DNA of 64,000 nucleotides from Phaeosaccion multiseriatum (lineage: Eukaryota > Protista > Ochrophyta, other classes), in the NCBI GenBank assembly GCA_965112735.1, contig OZ218952.1, forward strand, positions 5,456,001-5,520,000. The letters run 5' to 3'. A program made the translations under genes and the position numbers. This document shows positions 14,201-25,800 of the stretch, piece after piece; the first letter of the stretch is position 1, and the number at the start of each line of letters is the position of its first letter. The notes under the pieces were generated by a model. That model searched no databases, was not told the DNA's origin, and saw nothing but the letters and a program-made list of their open reading frames with translations.

Positions 14201-15769
14201 GATACGAGGGCGTGCTTCTTCTGGGCAAGGGCACGGAGGGCCTGAAGGGGAGGGGGGGAGGTGAGTGCGTGGGTGGGTGGGTGGGTGGGTGGATGAGCAA
14301 GGAAGTGAGTGAGTTGAGTGAGTTGAGTAAGAAAGTAAGTGAGGCAGGACACCCCCACCCACAAACACACCTGCAGCTGGAAGTCGTCAAGAGGGAATTG
14401 AAAAAGCGATTGGAACAGCTCCGGCCTGAGCTCGCCCCCCGGCGCCATCTTTGCCACCTCTCTGAGCAGGTCCACAGCAGCAGGGGTGCCCACGGCCTCC
14501 CTCAGCTCCTGGAGCTTATCCTGCATGGCCTCAGGCAGATCTTTATCCCAGTCGTGCTTGAAAGAGCTGCTTGACGTTGCCCAGCCGTCGCCCTCGCCCC
14601 CCTCCTCCTCTTCCTCGTCCTCCTCCTCCTCGTCGTCATCCTCCTCCTCTTCCTCGCCACCCCTGATGGTTACGCCATCAATAATGTCCGAGATCCAATC
14701 ACTTTCCTCTCCTCCTCCTCCTCCTGTACTGCTGCTGCTACCCCCCTGCCGCCCCCCGCCCCCTGCCTTCCAGGTGTCCTTATCATCGGAGGAGAGGATG
14801 CGACTCAATATGTCATCTATGTCTTCCTCCTGCCCTCCTCCTTCTCCTCCTCCTCCTCCTACTCCTCCCCCTCCTTCGCCCCTCTTCCTTCGCGGTAGAG
14901 CACCGCTACCCTCATCCCCCCCCCCCCTCGCACCCCTCCCCGCCCCCGTCTGCTCGAGCAAGTCATCGCCCCGGAGGATGGCAGAGATGGCATCCTCGCT
15001 GTCATCGAGGTCCGTCAGGAAGCCGCTGCTGTCTCCGAAGATATCTCCGTCAGCAAGCAGCTCCGAGAGGGTGTCCTCCATGCTCTTGACGGGTTGGTTG
15101 TCTGAATCATCGACGTCGCTGTCGTCATTTTGACGACCCAGAAGAGGTCCTAGTGACTGTGTGGGTTTGGGTTTCGAACAACGAGGTGTATGGAAGAGGG
15201 GGGCAGCAGGAGGGGTGGGGCGGACAAGAGGTCTGAGAAAGGAGACACAGGGCTCGGTGATGGAAAACAAAATCTTCGCCTAGCCTTGCCCGCCCCCTTT
15301 CTCCTCCTCCGGCGTGTCTCCCCTCCGTCTCCCTCATTCCCATGAATACCGCAAATCTTCATACCAGCGCACACAGACTCACCCTCCCCCTTCCTTCCTT
15401 TCTATTTCTGTAGTTGTGGCTGCGGCATTCGATAGCACTCGCGCCCGTGCCGCACCCCACGCCGCCTGAATCTGCTCCACAGTTGGTCCAGCCTATCCGC
15501 GGGGCTTGGCTCTGCCGCTGCTGCCGTTGCTGCCGTTGCTGCTGCAGAGACTGGAATCCCTGCCTACTGCATGCAGAAAGTAACTGAAAGCCTGTCGTGA
15601 ACGCACAGCCTGTAAGGAACACCAATGCCGTCTGGCGTGGCGACGAAAAAGTAGGAGGGCCGCGGCAAGGCCCACCGGCTCGCCCGCTTCTCCCTTCCTC
15701 CCATGGACGCAGTACACGTTTCTGAGGCTTGCCTCCCTTCCCCCCTTCGCTGCTCCCCGCCTCTTTCAT
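4425..15769 (-). CDS. Ski2/Mtr4/HelY-family DExH-box RNA helicase with DSHCT domain (ISE2/DExH15-like, probably plastid-targeted), about 20-25 exons
   Basis: Motifs in order on the minus strand: APTGSGKT, YTTPLKALSNQKFADF, GLLTGD, MTTEVFRNMLY, DEFHYMND, ALSATMAN, RPVPL, PAIVFIFSR, GIATHHAG, FATETLAAGVNMPARTT, QMAGRAGRRGMD, then a DSHCT-like region ending LLDRYPV and an acidic tail to the stop at 4425. The start codon (15769) is uncertain. Confidence 0.9.
7002..7207. repeat. (GAG)n intronic microsatellite, one of many simple repeats in the window ((TCAC)n, (GACT)n, (CA)n, (CT)n)
   Basis: Directly visible inside a helicase intron. It explains the poly-E, poly-G and poly-P ORFs in the track. 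Confidence 0.95.
12646..13071. repeat. Three tandem ~142-bp copies of a helicase exon 3' end plus its donor site and flanking intron
   Basis: CACTCCGATGTCCTTGGAGTTGGCCATGGTGGCGGACAGAGCGACCATCC starts at 12740, 12882 and 13024. Only the last copy continues into the DEFH exon. Confidence 0.92.
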
Positions 15770-15914
15770 GCCCCGTTCCACCGTCTCTCTTCCTGGTCGT
15801 GGTGGCGCGAGGTAGACGTGTTGGACATACGATCTGCTCAGTCACAGATGGCTCTGCAGGCCGCATGCATCTCGATCGCATTTCACTCTCCGCGAACCAC
15901 AGGAGGAAACAAAT

Positions 15915-17538
15915 ATGATCAAGGGCGTACTCATAGTCAATAACCATGGCAAGCCGCGGCTCGTCAAGTTCTATCAAGGCGTGGTGAGTTGGATTATCTG
16001 TGTCCCCGACCTCACACCCTTCTTCCTTCTCCCGTCCGTTCCACCTCACGCCATCTCCCACCTCCGGTGGCCCCCCTCCCGCCTCTCTACCTGGCCCTAG
16101 CCCCCGAAAACTCTCCTATCTGACCTCCTCCTTCTCTCCCCCCCCCCCCCGCGCCCCCTCCTAGACCGGCGAGGACGAGCAGAAGGCCGTTGTCCGGCGG
16201 ATCTTCCAGCAGGTGGCCCAGCGGCCAGACTCCTTCTGCAATTACCTCGAGGGCAGCGTGCCCGAGTGGGGCGACCACGTGAAGCTGGTGTACCGCCACT
16301 ATGCCACACTCTACTTTGTGTTTGCGGTAGACTCGCAGGAGTCCGACTTGGGCATTCTGGATCTGATACAGGTGAGATGGCGGAGATGTGGTTTCCTGGT
16401 GGAGCGAGTGACTGAGTAGGGGAGTGACTGAAGACGAAGTCAGGAAGTGAGAGCAAAAATAAATAGAGTTAAAGCGGACCGTCCTCTGAATGAGGACTGT
16501 GTGGTCTCCTCTGCCGGGTCAAACTTTACACTCGCGCGGGGGTGTGAGAAAGAATGAAGGCGACCTCTGCTGCCACCCCTTGTCCTGCCCTGATGCACCA
16601 AAGAATGCCGGAACCAATGCCCTAACAAGTGCCCCAACGAATGGCCTGTAATGAATGCCCCATCCACTAAGGTGTTCGTGGAGGCACTGGACAAGTGCTT
16701 TCAGAACGTGTGTGAGCTCGACCTCATCTTCCACAGCGACAGGGTGAGTGAGTGAGGGAGTGAGGGAGGGAGGGAGTGAGTGTGGGAGGGGATGGGTGAG
16801 TGAGTGAGGGAGTGAGTGATGGCATGAGTGGGAGGGTGGGTGGGTGAGTTATGCTGTGGCTAGAGCTGCTCGTTGCGTCCAGAGTCGCAGTGTAGTCCGC
16901 TTCCGCTCCAATCTCCCCTTTTTCTGTGACGTATCTCTCTCACACCTCCTCCCCTCGTTTGCCTACCTCACCTCACCTCTTCCCCTTCACTCATTCGCCT
17001 CTCTCCCCCCTTGCCTCTCTCTCTCCCACCCTCCCTCCTCTCTCTCTCCCCTCGGCTTGTCAGGTGCACTTTGTACTCGATGAGATCATAATGGGCGGCA
17101 TGGTGCTGGAGACGAACATCAATCAAATCCTGCAAGTCGTCAGCGATCAGGTCAGTCACATTCTCTCCCTCTCTCTCTTCGTCTTTGTTGTGTCTCTCTC
17201 CATCTCTTTCTCTGTCTCTCCCTCTCTCCCCTTTCTCTCTCTCTCTTCGTCTTTGTTATCTCTCTCCCTCTCTCCCCTTTCTCTCTCTGTCTGTATTCTC
17301 TCCCTCTCTTTCTCTGTCTCTCCCTCTGCCCCCTTTCTTTCTCTCACCCCCCCCCTCTACCCTCCCGCCTCTTCGCTCTGTCACGTGTCCCTCCCTGTGG
17401 TCACGTCTTTTGGGTGGCCCTCCTCCCTCACGCACGCACTCACGCCCGCAGGACAAACTTCACACAGCGTCTCTAAAGGTGAACCTCAGCGTGCCTTCGT
17501 CGGCTTCACAGGGCCTCCCTCACATGCTGCGCAAATAA
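15915..17538 (+). CDS. AP3S: Adaptor protein complex AP-3 sigma subunit, 5 exons
   Basis: Exon peptides: MIKGVLIVNNHGKPRLVKFYQ; LVYRHYATLYFVFAVDSQESDLGILDLIQ; VFVEALDKCFQNVCELDLIFH; VHFVLDEIIMGGMVLETN. GT-AG introns. The NNHGKPRL and ESxLGILDLIQ signatures are typical of sigma-3. Confidence 0.93.
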
Positions 17539-17622
17539 GGACCAAGAGCCTAGAGACGGGAGGGGGGCGAGGCAGAGAGGGGCCCTGAAGCTGCGATGAG
17601 AGAGAGCGAGAGGGAGAGAGGC

Positions 17623-17654
<32 letters not shown>

Positions 17655-18832
17655 GCTTGTACCGCCTCGCATGAACCCGCCCACGGGGAAGGTAGGGCTG
17701 TGGGGAGCTCATCCATTTGCTGCCATCCCTTTGCACAGCAGAGCAACGGAGCCCAAGGCTGTCCAGCAAGCAAATCCTTATTCTACATAGGCAGGTCTTG
17801 TAGCAGGAGCAGCACAGCAGCACCACCACCACCACCACCACCACCAGCAGCAGGAGGAGGAGGTTGAGGAGGAGGAGGAGCAGTGGCAGCAAGGAGGGAC
17901 GGTGGTGCAGCAAAAGAGAAGCAGCGAAGGACGACGAAAGGTGTCAGGGCAGAGGCAAGATGAAGCTTTCCAGGTGTAGGAGCCGTAGAAGCTTGGTAGC
18001 TTGCTTGGTGAGACAAGCAGGAGCGGGATGGATGGAGCGGCGAGGGGCGACGGTGGGATTGGCTGCTGCTCGAAGGCTTCCACTCCAGACTGCAGAACAT
18101 CTCATTGCTGAGCCCTCGTCAGCCACGTCATAGTAGCACGTCACGGCCTTCTCCTTCGCCGACAAGGCGTACGCGTCCCTCCCGCCCTGCCGGCGTGCGA
18201 GTGGGCGGGGTGAGTGGTACGAACGTACGCTACCTCTGCTGTGTAACTGTGTAACTGTGGAAATCAAGCTGGTGGGCGCTCCGATCGCGGCGAGAGGGGA
18301 GGGGAAGAATGGCCCTGATGCTTGCTTTCCCCTGCTGCCTCGATTGGTCAGGACAGGAGAGGGGGGGAGTGGGGGATTGGGAATTGGTGAAGGGAGTAAG
18401 GTACCAGTCACGGCGAACGAAGGCGTTGCGTGTCAGCTTGGAGCGTGGAGTGGGTGAGTGAGTGAGTGGCGGTGTGTGAAGGGGAGACTGCTCTGCCCCC
18501 AGTTTGCCGACGCAGCCGTGTCTAGCCACGCCACTCCACGCCAGCACCTCAGGGGCCCACTACCCTTGACTTGACTGAGGCTGTGGTGACGGCACTGGGA
18601 ATCGCTGGAGCAGTGCTGCCTGCGCCGGAGGATGCTGCATCGATGGAGGTTGAGACTGTGGTGGCCGGTTGCCAACAGCATCAGTGTGCAAGAGACCCTC
18701 CAGGTGACTCACCCGAGCCTGCATCGCTCGTCCTGTCAATGGGGCCTACGCAGGCGCTGGTCGTCCCCCCGACCCACCACTAGTACTGCCACTGGCTGCA
18801 TCACCAAACAAGGCTTCCTCTGCAGTAGTACT

Positions 18833-19270
18833 CCATGGAGAGCGAGTATATGGCAGCAGCGGAAGCAGTGAAGGAGCTGCTCTTTCACAGAGGTTTAGCG
18901 CAACGACGGCGAGAACGGGAGCTACTCTTACGGAGTTGGTTTTGCACTGTGCTAAGCTAAGATAGTAGAAACGTTGCGGGGTTTGGACTAAGTATATGCT
19001 GATTTTTTCAGCATATACTTAGTCCAAACCCCGCAACGTTTCTACTATCTTAGCTTAGCACAGAACTAGTTCTGAGAGGATAACCAGGGGTGCAACCAGC
19101 TGGAACTAGGGGTGTATCCAGTGGGAAAGGAACGCAAGTTCGAAGCGAACACGCCACACCGACGTCCGTTATCATTTCTGCAGTACCACGTGCGCAAGAG
19201 GACGAAAAGAAGGGCTGTCACCTCAGCCCAGCCAGGTACACAGCGGTCTGGCATCTTCAAGGTCACATCC
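18833..19270 (+). mobile_element. Degenerate Ty1/copia RNase H fragment (unit 1; homologs at ~32717-33270, ~44050-44350, ~55069-55375)
   Basis: Frameshifted pieces SMESEYMAAAEAVKELLF, EDNQG and KRTRHTDVRYHF match the copia pattern STxEAEYxA, DNQ, KHIDxRYHF. Confidence 0.75.
18947..19063. mobile_element. Perfect foldback (hairpin) insertion, 117 bp
   Basis: CTGTGCTAAGCTAAGATAGTAGAAACG...CGTTTCTACTATCTTAGCTTAGCACAG. Absent at the homologous sites of units 3 and 4, which read TTTGCACGAGGATAACC. Confidence 0.8.
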
Positions 19271-19317
19271 ATTTGTGAATTTATGAATTCAAAGCTCGCT
19301 CAGCGTGTGTCTAAATA

Positions 19318-20330
19318 GGGGAGTTTTCGTACCCCGGTGGGAAAAAGTAGTTTTTCGAGCAGCACGAGTTTACGAGTCGATAGAGCGACAAACGTATTTT
19401 CAAGTAGGGGAGGACGGGCACTTAGAAAGATCGGAGGGAGGCAAGGATAGGCCGCACCGACTGACGCGAGGGCCCAATGGCCCGTACGGCCACGTAAGAA
19501 GCGCACCACACCGGGGGAGAGCAGCAATGGAGCGCTCACAACTGTAAAAGAAGAGGCGACGCGAGTTCAGCGTCGCAAGAGTTGCAGCAAGTGCCGAAGA
19601 GCTCAGCGCGGTGAGGAGGACAGCGAAAGGGGGCAGCCCAGCAGTTCACCGCGTAGAAGGAGACGGTAGCGACAGCATAGTTTCCCCACCCGCCCGGCCC
19701 GGGGGGGCGAGTGGGATTATCGGGAATCCAACGGGGTGGATGGGAGTTAGGGCGAAGCAGACGCGTCTGCCCGCCCTGCTTTGGCACCCCCTGGAAATTA
19801 CCATGTACCCCCCCTTACACAAAATAAACAAGTGTAAGTATTGAGCAATGAGTTTTGGCTGAGTGAGTGGGCACACGAGGCGAAGGCATATGGGTAGTAC
19901 CAGGTGTCAGGACGCAGTGGACTGAAAACGACTTTTCACGGACTGGCAAGGGAGGGGGAGGTTTAGAAACTTGAGGGTGTGGCATAAGAGGTCCGTGGTG
20001 TGGTGCGGTGGAGTGGAAGTGAGGATAGGAGTCGCTGCCCTGAAAGCAGCTAACGCGGTGAATCTTCTCCCACCCACCCGCCCCGGGGGACTGGTGGACT
20101 CAGTGGGGAGATATTCGAGGGGTACCCATTGGTATCTACCGCGGGGAGATAGAGAATCGGGTGGGTTGGAGTGTGCGCGGCACCGTCAGAGGGGCGGTGC
20201 CGGGTGCGCAAAGACTCGTCCTCCTCTCTAACTTCCGACTGGCAAGTACCCCCTTTTACATAATTGTAATACTATTGTGTGGGCATTTGTGAATGTGGGG
20301 AGGTACCCGACCGAGAAGGCCGTGAAAATG
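19318..20330. mobile_element. Unclassified ~1-kb insertion specific to unit 1
   Basis: It sits between GTGTCTAA and TAATGGTGAG, which are adjacent in units 2 and 4. Possible AAATA duplication at the ends. No TIR or recognisable ORF. Confidence 0.55.
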
Positions 20331-20490
20331 AAATAATGGTGAGACGTTACTTTTAGACAACCATAGATGGCACTAAAGGGTGTATATCTCATATCTCAGG
20401 CCCAGTCTTCCTTCCATAATGAGACTGGCCAGCGTCGATTTGGGAGTTGCAAATGGAGCAGTGCTTGACAGGGAAGGGGCGAGGGGAAGA

Positions 20491-22580
20491 TTATATATAT
20501 TACACCCTTAAGTGCCATCTATGGTTGTCTAAAAGTAATGTCTCACCGCCCCGGGGAACTTAGCCCTCGAGGTCGTGTCCCTCTTCGGCTCCAGACTGGC
20601 CTAGAAGCCTATGCTCTAGGCCCTAGGCCGAGCGGCCTACGCCCGCTCTAGGCCTAGGCCGGCGGCCGTTGGCCGCTCTAGGCCGGCCATTTTTTCTCCC
20701 TAGGCCGGCGGTTCTAGGCCTAGGCCTCGACCTATCTGATTAGTAATTACCGCCGGCGCAGCCGGCCTGATTACTGATTATGACCGGCGCCAGCCGGCCT
20801 GAGTACTGATTATGCGCCAGCCGGGGGCTGATTACTGATTACGGCCGGCGCACACCGTAATCTTGTCCAGGGTCGAAGGGAGGGAGGGAGGGAGGGAGGG
20901 AGGGAGGGAGGGAGGGAGGGAGGGAGGGAGGGAGGGAGGGAGGGAGGGAGGGAGGGAGGGAGGGAGGGAGGGAGGGAGGGAGGGAGGGAGGGAGGGAGGG
21001 AGGGAGGGAGGGAGGGAGGGAGGGAGGGAGGGAGGGAGGGAGGGAGGGAGGGAGGGAGGGAGGGAGGGAGGGAGGGAGGGAGGGAGGGAGGGAGGGAGGG
21101 AGGGAGGGAGGGAGGGAGGGAGGGAGGGAGGGAGGGAGGGAGGGAGGGAGGGAGGGAGGGAGGGAGGGAGGGAGGGAGGGAGGGAGGGAGGGAGGGAGGG
21201 AGGGAGGGAGGGAGGGAGGGAGGGAGGGAGGGAGGGAGGGAGGGAGGGAGGGAGGGAGGGAGGGAGGGAGGGAGGGAGGGAGGGAGGGAGGGAGGGAGGG
21301 AGGGAGGGAGGGAGGGAGGGAGGGAGGGAGGGAGGGAGGGAGGGAGGGAGGGAGGGAGGGAGGGAGGGAGGGAGGGAGGGAGGGAGGGAGGGAGGGAGGG
21401 AGGGAGGGAGGGAGGGAGGGAGGGAGGGAGGGAGGGAGGGAGGGAGGGAGGGAGGGAGGGAGGGAGGGAGGGAGGGAGGGAGGGAGGGAGGGAGGGAGGG
21501 AGGGAGGGAGGGAGGGAGGGAGGGAGGGAGGGAGGGAGGGAGGGAGGGAGGGAGGGAGGGAGGGAGGGAGGGAGGGAGGGAGGGAGGGAGGGAGGGAGGG
21601 AGGGAGGGAGGGAGGGAGGGAGGGAGGGAGGGAGGGAGGGAGGGAGGGAGGGAGGGAGGGAGGGAGGGAGGGAGGGAGGGAGGGAGAGAGGGAGGGAGGG
21701 AGGGAGGGAGGGAGGGAGGGAGGGAGGGAGGGAGGGAGGGAGCAGCCGGCCTGATTACTGATTAGGACCGGCGCCAGCCGGTCTGGTTGCTTACAGCCGG
21801 TGACCAGCCGGCCTGATTACTGATTTTGCGCCGGCCGGGGGCTGATTACCGGTTACGGCCGGCGCACACCGTAATCTTGTCCAGGTCCTAGGCCGGGAGG
21901 GCTGCGCCCAAAATAGGCCTAGGCCGGGGACCTGCGGCCCCCTCTAGGCCTAGGCCGGGGGCCTGCGGCCCCCCTAGGCCGGCCGAATTTCGTCTCTAGG
22001 CCTAGGCTTCTAGGCCAGTCTGGAGCCGACCCTCTGACTCATCAGTTCTCCCCATTGGAACAAAGTTGATACCAGCCAGGATCCTGTGTCGAACCGATCG
22101 TTCGTGTCGGGCCCGCTGGAGCGCTACGGCTAATCGTCGCCGAATGACGAAAACAGCTCTCGCATAAGCCCTCGTGTCCAGATGTTCGTGCCCCCCAGCC
22201 ATGTGGGTGGCGAGTGTTTTCATAAACATCTGAGCAGAAGGACCAAATGCGCCTTGCTGTTCCATTGCGAAAGGGACGAGGTGGTACCGCGTGGGGTCAT
22301 AGTGGATGTCCCCACCCTGGCCTTCCATGCCTACCTGTGGCACCCCATACCTGGTCCGCTTGGTGGCTTCAGCCTTCTTGGCTGCCGCGAGTGTCTCCTT
22401 CGATGCCTTGGCCCGGTTGGTGGTGTTGGTGGCATCTGTGAGCGTGACGTCGATCATGAGGGACTTGTGGCCGTCGCCATATTCATGATCGGACGGAAGC
22501 TCAAACATCCTGGGGGGAGTCACGATGTCCATCTCCATCTGCTTGGCCACGTGGGCGTCACTCCTCACGGCGTTGCTCCC
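20491..22580 (-). mobile_element. 5'-truncated CRE-like non-LTR retrotransposon (RLE region plus 3' UTR), interrupted by a MITE
   Basis: The ORF contains MDIV, LMIDVT, KKAEATKRTRY, LVPFAMEQQGAFG and RRRLAVALQR. The 3' tail is GGGTGTAATATATA. 11-bp TSD CGAGGGGAAGA at 20480-20490 and 22581-22591. Confidence 0.82.
20585..22029. mobile_element. Second copy of the TCGG-TIR element, with an ~860-bp (AGGG)n tract
   Basis: Same TIRs as 1004-1990. TSD CCCTCT at 20579-20584 and 22030-22035. The empty site GTGTCCCTCTGACTCATC is visible at ~55734. Confidence 0.92.
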
Positions 22581-22840
22581 CGAGGGGAAGATGTGTATAT
22601 TACAGGGGAAGATGTCCTCCGAGTCTTTCCACATCCTGCACTCGCCATTTGTGAGCCCCTCCTACTTTTGCTCCTCCTGCCTCGCCTCCCCCTTTCACAT
22701 TCCTCTCCTCCACTCTCCCTTCTCCCACTTCTTGCCAACTCCAACCCTCTTCTCTTCTCCTCCTCCACCCTGCCGAGGGCGCAGCCCGAAGCACCACCTT
22801 CTAAGGGTGTAATTTTTTTTTGCGTGTTCAAGGTTGCAGG

Positions 22841-25800
22841 ATGTCTAGCGTCCTCGACGAGCAGCGTAGAATACTCACAGCCATCTTTCATGCCACGAGC
22901 GGACCCGCTTGGTCTATCACTGCAGGATGGAACACGGAAGCACCATTGGAGACCTGGTTCAGAGTGAGCGTAGAGAAAGAGAATGGCTATGTGGTGAAGC
23001 TCGACCTGAAAAGGAACGGCCTCAAAGGTGAGAGAGGTGTGATTATGGTTGTTGCGCCTTAAGGTCCTGAAGAGTTTTCTAAAGTCTTGAAGGTTCGAAA
23101 AGGTCGCTCTTTGTTCATGCAACAACATGTGATGGGTCTAGAATATTCGGGAAGGACGAAGTAAAGGGGGGCAAGAATGAGGCAGCGGCATGACGTGGTA
23201 GTCCAGCGACCCGTTCGCGTCCCTTTCACTTGATATAAGTATGGCTGAAGAACTTTCCTCCGCTCCGCAGGGAGCATTCCGCCGCAACTTGGACAGCTTT
23301 CAAGCCTTCAAGAACTACGGCTCGACGAGAACAATCTAGGTAGGTGGTACGCACACCCGTTCGCGTCCTATTCGCTTGATAGTCGAATGACAAAGAACTT
23401 TCCTCCGCTCGGCAGGGAGCATTCCGCCCGAGCTTGGAAGTCTTGAGAACCTGACGGTGCTCAGCCTGTGGGGCAACAAGCTCACTGGTAAGTGGTACGC
23501 ACACCCGTTCGCGTCCCTTTGGCTTGATAGTCGTGTGACAAGGAAAATCCCTCCGCTCCGCAGGGAGCATTCCACCCGAGCTTGGAAGTCTGGAGAAGCT
23601 TGAGAAATTGAACCTCTTCAAGAACAAGCTCACTGGTAAGTGGTACGCACACCCGTTCGCGTCCCTTTCACTTGATTTTAGTATGGCTGAAGAACTTTCC
23701 TCCGCTCCGCAGGGAACATTCCGCCCGAGCTTGGAGGTCTGCAGAACCTTCAGGGTCTGGACCTCTCCAGCAACAAGCTCACTGGTGAGTGGTACGCACA
23801 CCCGTTCGCGTCCTCTTGACTTGATATTATGACAAAGAACTTCCCTCCGCTCCGCAGGGAGTATTCCAAGTGAGCTTGAAAGTCTGAAGGAGCTCAGCCG
23901 CTTCAGCTTCTCCAACAACAAGCTCACTGGTGAGTCATACGCGCGCGTCCCCTTGACTTGATATGAGTATGACCAAAGAACTCTCCTCCCATCCGCAGGG
24001 AGCATTCCAAGGGAACTTGGAGGTCTGGAGAAGCTTGAATATTTGAGCCTCTTCCACAACAAGCTCACTGGTAGGTGGTACGCGCACCCGTTCGCGTCCC
24101 TTTCACTTGATATGAGTATGACCAAAGAACCCCTTCCTCCCATCCACAGGGAGCATTCCACCAGAGCTTGGAGGTCTCGTCCAGCTCACCTCTCTGTTCC
24201 TCCACAACAACCAGCTCTCCGGTGAGTGGTACACACACCCGTTCGCGTCGCGTCCCTTTGACTTGATGTAAGTATGACCAAGACCATTCCTCCGCTCCGC
24301 AGGGAATATTCCGCCCGAGCTTGGAAGTCTTGAGAACCTTACGGGACTCAGACTGTGGGGAAACAAGCTCACTGGTAAGTGGTACGCACACCCGTTCGCG
24401 TCCCTTTCACTTGATATGAGTATGACCAAAAGAACTCTCCCCCATCCGCAGGGAGCATTCCGCCCGAGCTTGGAGGTCTGGAGAAGCTTGAGAATTTGGA
24501 CCTCAACGGCAATGAGCTCACTGGTGAGTGGTACGCACACCCGTTCGCGTCCTCTTGACTTGATATAAGTATGGCTGAAGAACTCTCCTCCGCTCCGCAG
24601 GGAACATTCCGCCCGAGCTTAGAAGTCTTGAGAACCTAACGGTACTCAGCCTCGGCAACAACCAGCTATCCGGTGAGTGGTACGCGCGCCCGTTCGCGTC
24701 CCTTTGACTTGATATGAGTATAACCAAAAACTTTCCTCTGCTCCGCAGGGAACATTCCGCCCGAGCTTGGAAGTCTCGGGAACCTGACGGCGCTCAACCT
24801 GCGGGACAACCAGCTCATCGGTAAGTGGTACGCGAACCCGTTCGCGTCCCTTTGACTTGATATAGGTATGGCTAAAGAACTTTCCCCTCATCTCTCAGGG
24901 ACTATTCCGCCGCAACTCGGAAAGCTTTCAAACCTTCGAGGACTTTATCTCCACAGGAACAATCTAGAAGGTAGGTGGTATGCACACCCGTTCGCGTCCC
25001 TTTCGCTTGATAGTCGTGTGACAAAGAACTTCCCTCCGCTCCGCAGGGAGCATTCCATGGGAGCTTGGAAGTCTGAAGAGGCTTCAGCATTTCGACCTCT
25101 CCAACAACAAGCTCACTGGTAAGTGGTACGCACACCCGTTCGCGTCCCCTTGACTTGATATTAGTATGGCTGAAGAACTTTCCCCACATCTCAGGGAGTA
25201 TTCCTTGGCAACTTGGACAGCTTTCGAACCTTCGAAAACTTTGGCTCAACCAGAACAATCTAGAAGGTATGTGGTACGCTTACCCATTCGCGTCCCTTCG
25301 ACTTGCTATGAGTATGACCAAAGAACTTTCCTCCCATCCGAAGGGAGCATTCCAAGGGAGCTTGGAAGTCTGGAGAGACTTGTGCATGTGGACCTCTCCT
25401 CCAACAAGCTCACTGGTAAGTGGGACGCGTACCCGTTCGTGTCCCTTTCACTTGATACTTGGGTAGGGAACATGGCGAGATTTTCGATGAGCCAAATTCT
25501 GAGTGGTCCGGCTCCATGGCGACGTTCAGCTTGACCCACTGCTGCATTTCAAGACTCGCCACGCATCCTCCGCCGTGCCGTTCTACCTTGTCGCATCCCT
25601 GCCTGCAGGCTTTGCAACGGGCACGAATGAAGATTGGATACTCAGATTTTGCGAGGGGATCAACTTTCAGGGGGAAGATAACCCGCCCCAGTACCACTTT
25701 CAGGTGCAAGATAACCCGCTGCAGTACCCGCCACTTGGGGTGCTGCTGCAAGGACGGCACATGACGCAAAAGTACTTCGATGACTTGCGGAAGTGTTCAA

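Noticed and set aside
17778-18783. Possible gene between AP-3 sigma and the first amplified unit
   Set aside because: Only short ORFs on both strands, with no recognisable motif or consistent exon chain.
20863-21765. 300-aa (GGRE)n ORF and other low-complexity ORFs (poly-P, poly-E, SLTH, CV repeats)
   Set aside because: They are translations of microsatellites in introns or MITEs.
23226-24161. Long minus-strand ORFs over the LRR arrays and Roc-COR exons
   Set aside because: They are antisense shadows of repetitive GC-rich coding sequence, cross splice sites and show no domain signal.
23271-25415. CRISPR-like array (conserved repeat with variable spacers)
   Set aside because: The repeats are GT-AG introns and the spacers are mutually homologous in-frame LRR exons. 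The context is eukaryotic and there are no cas genes.
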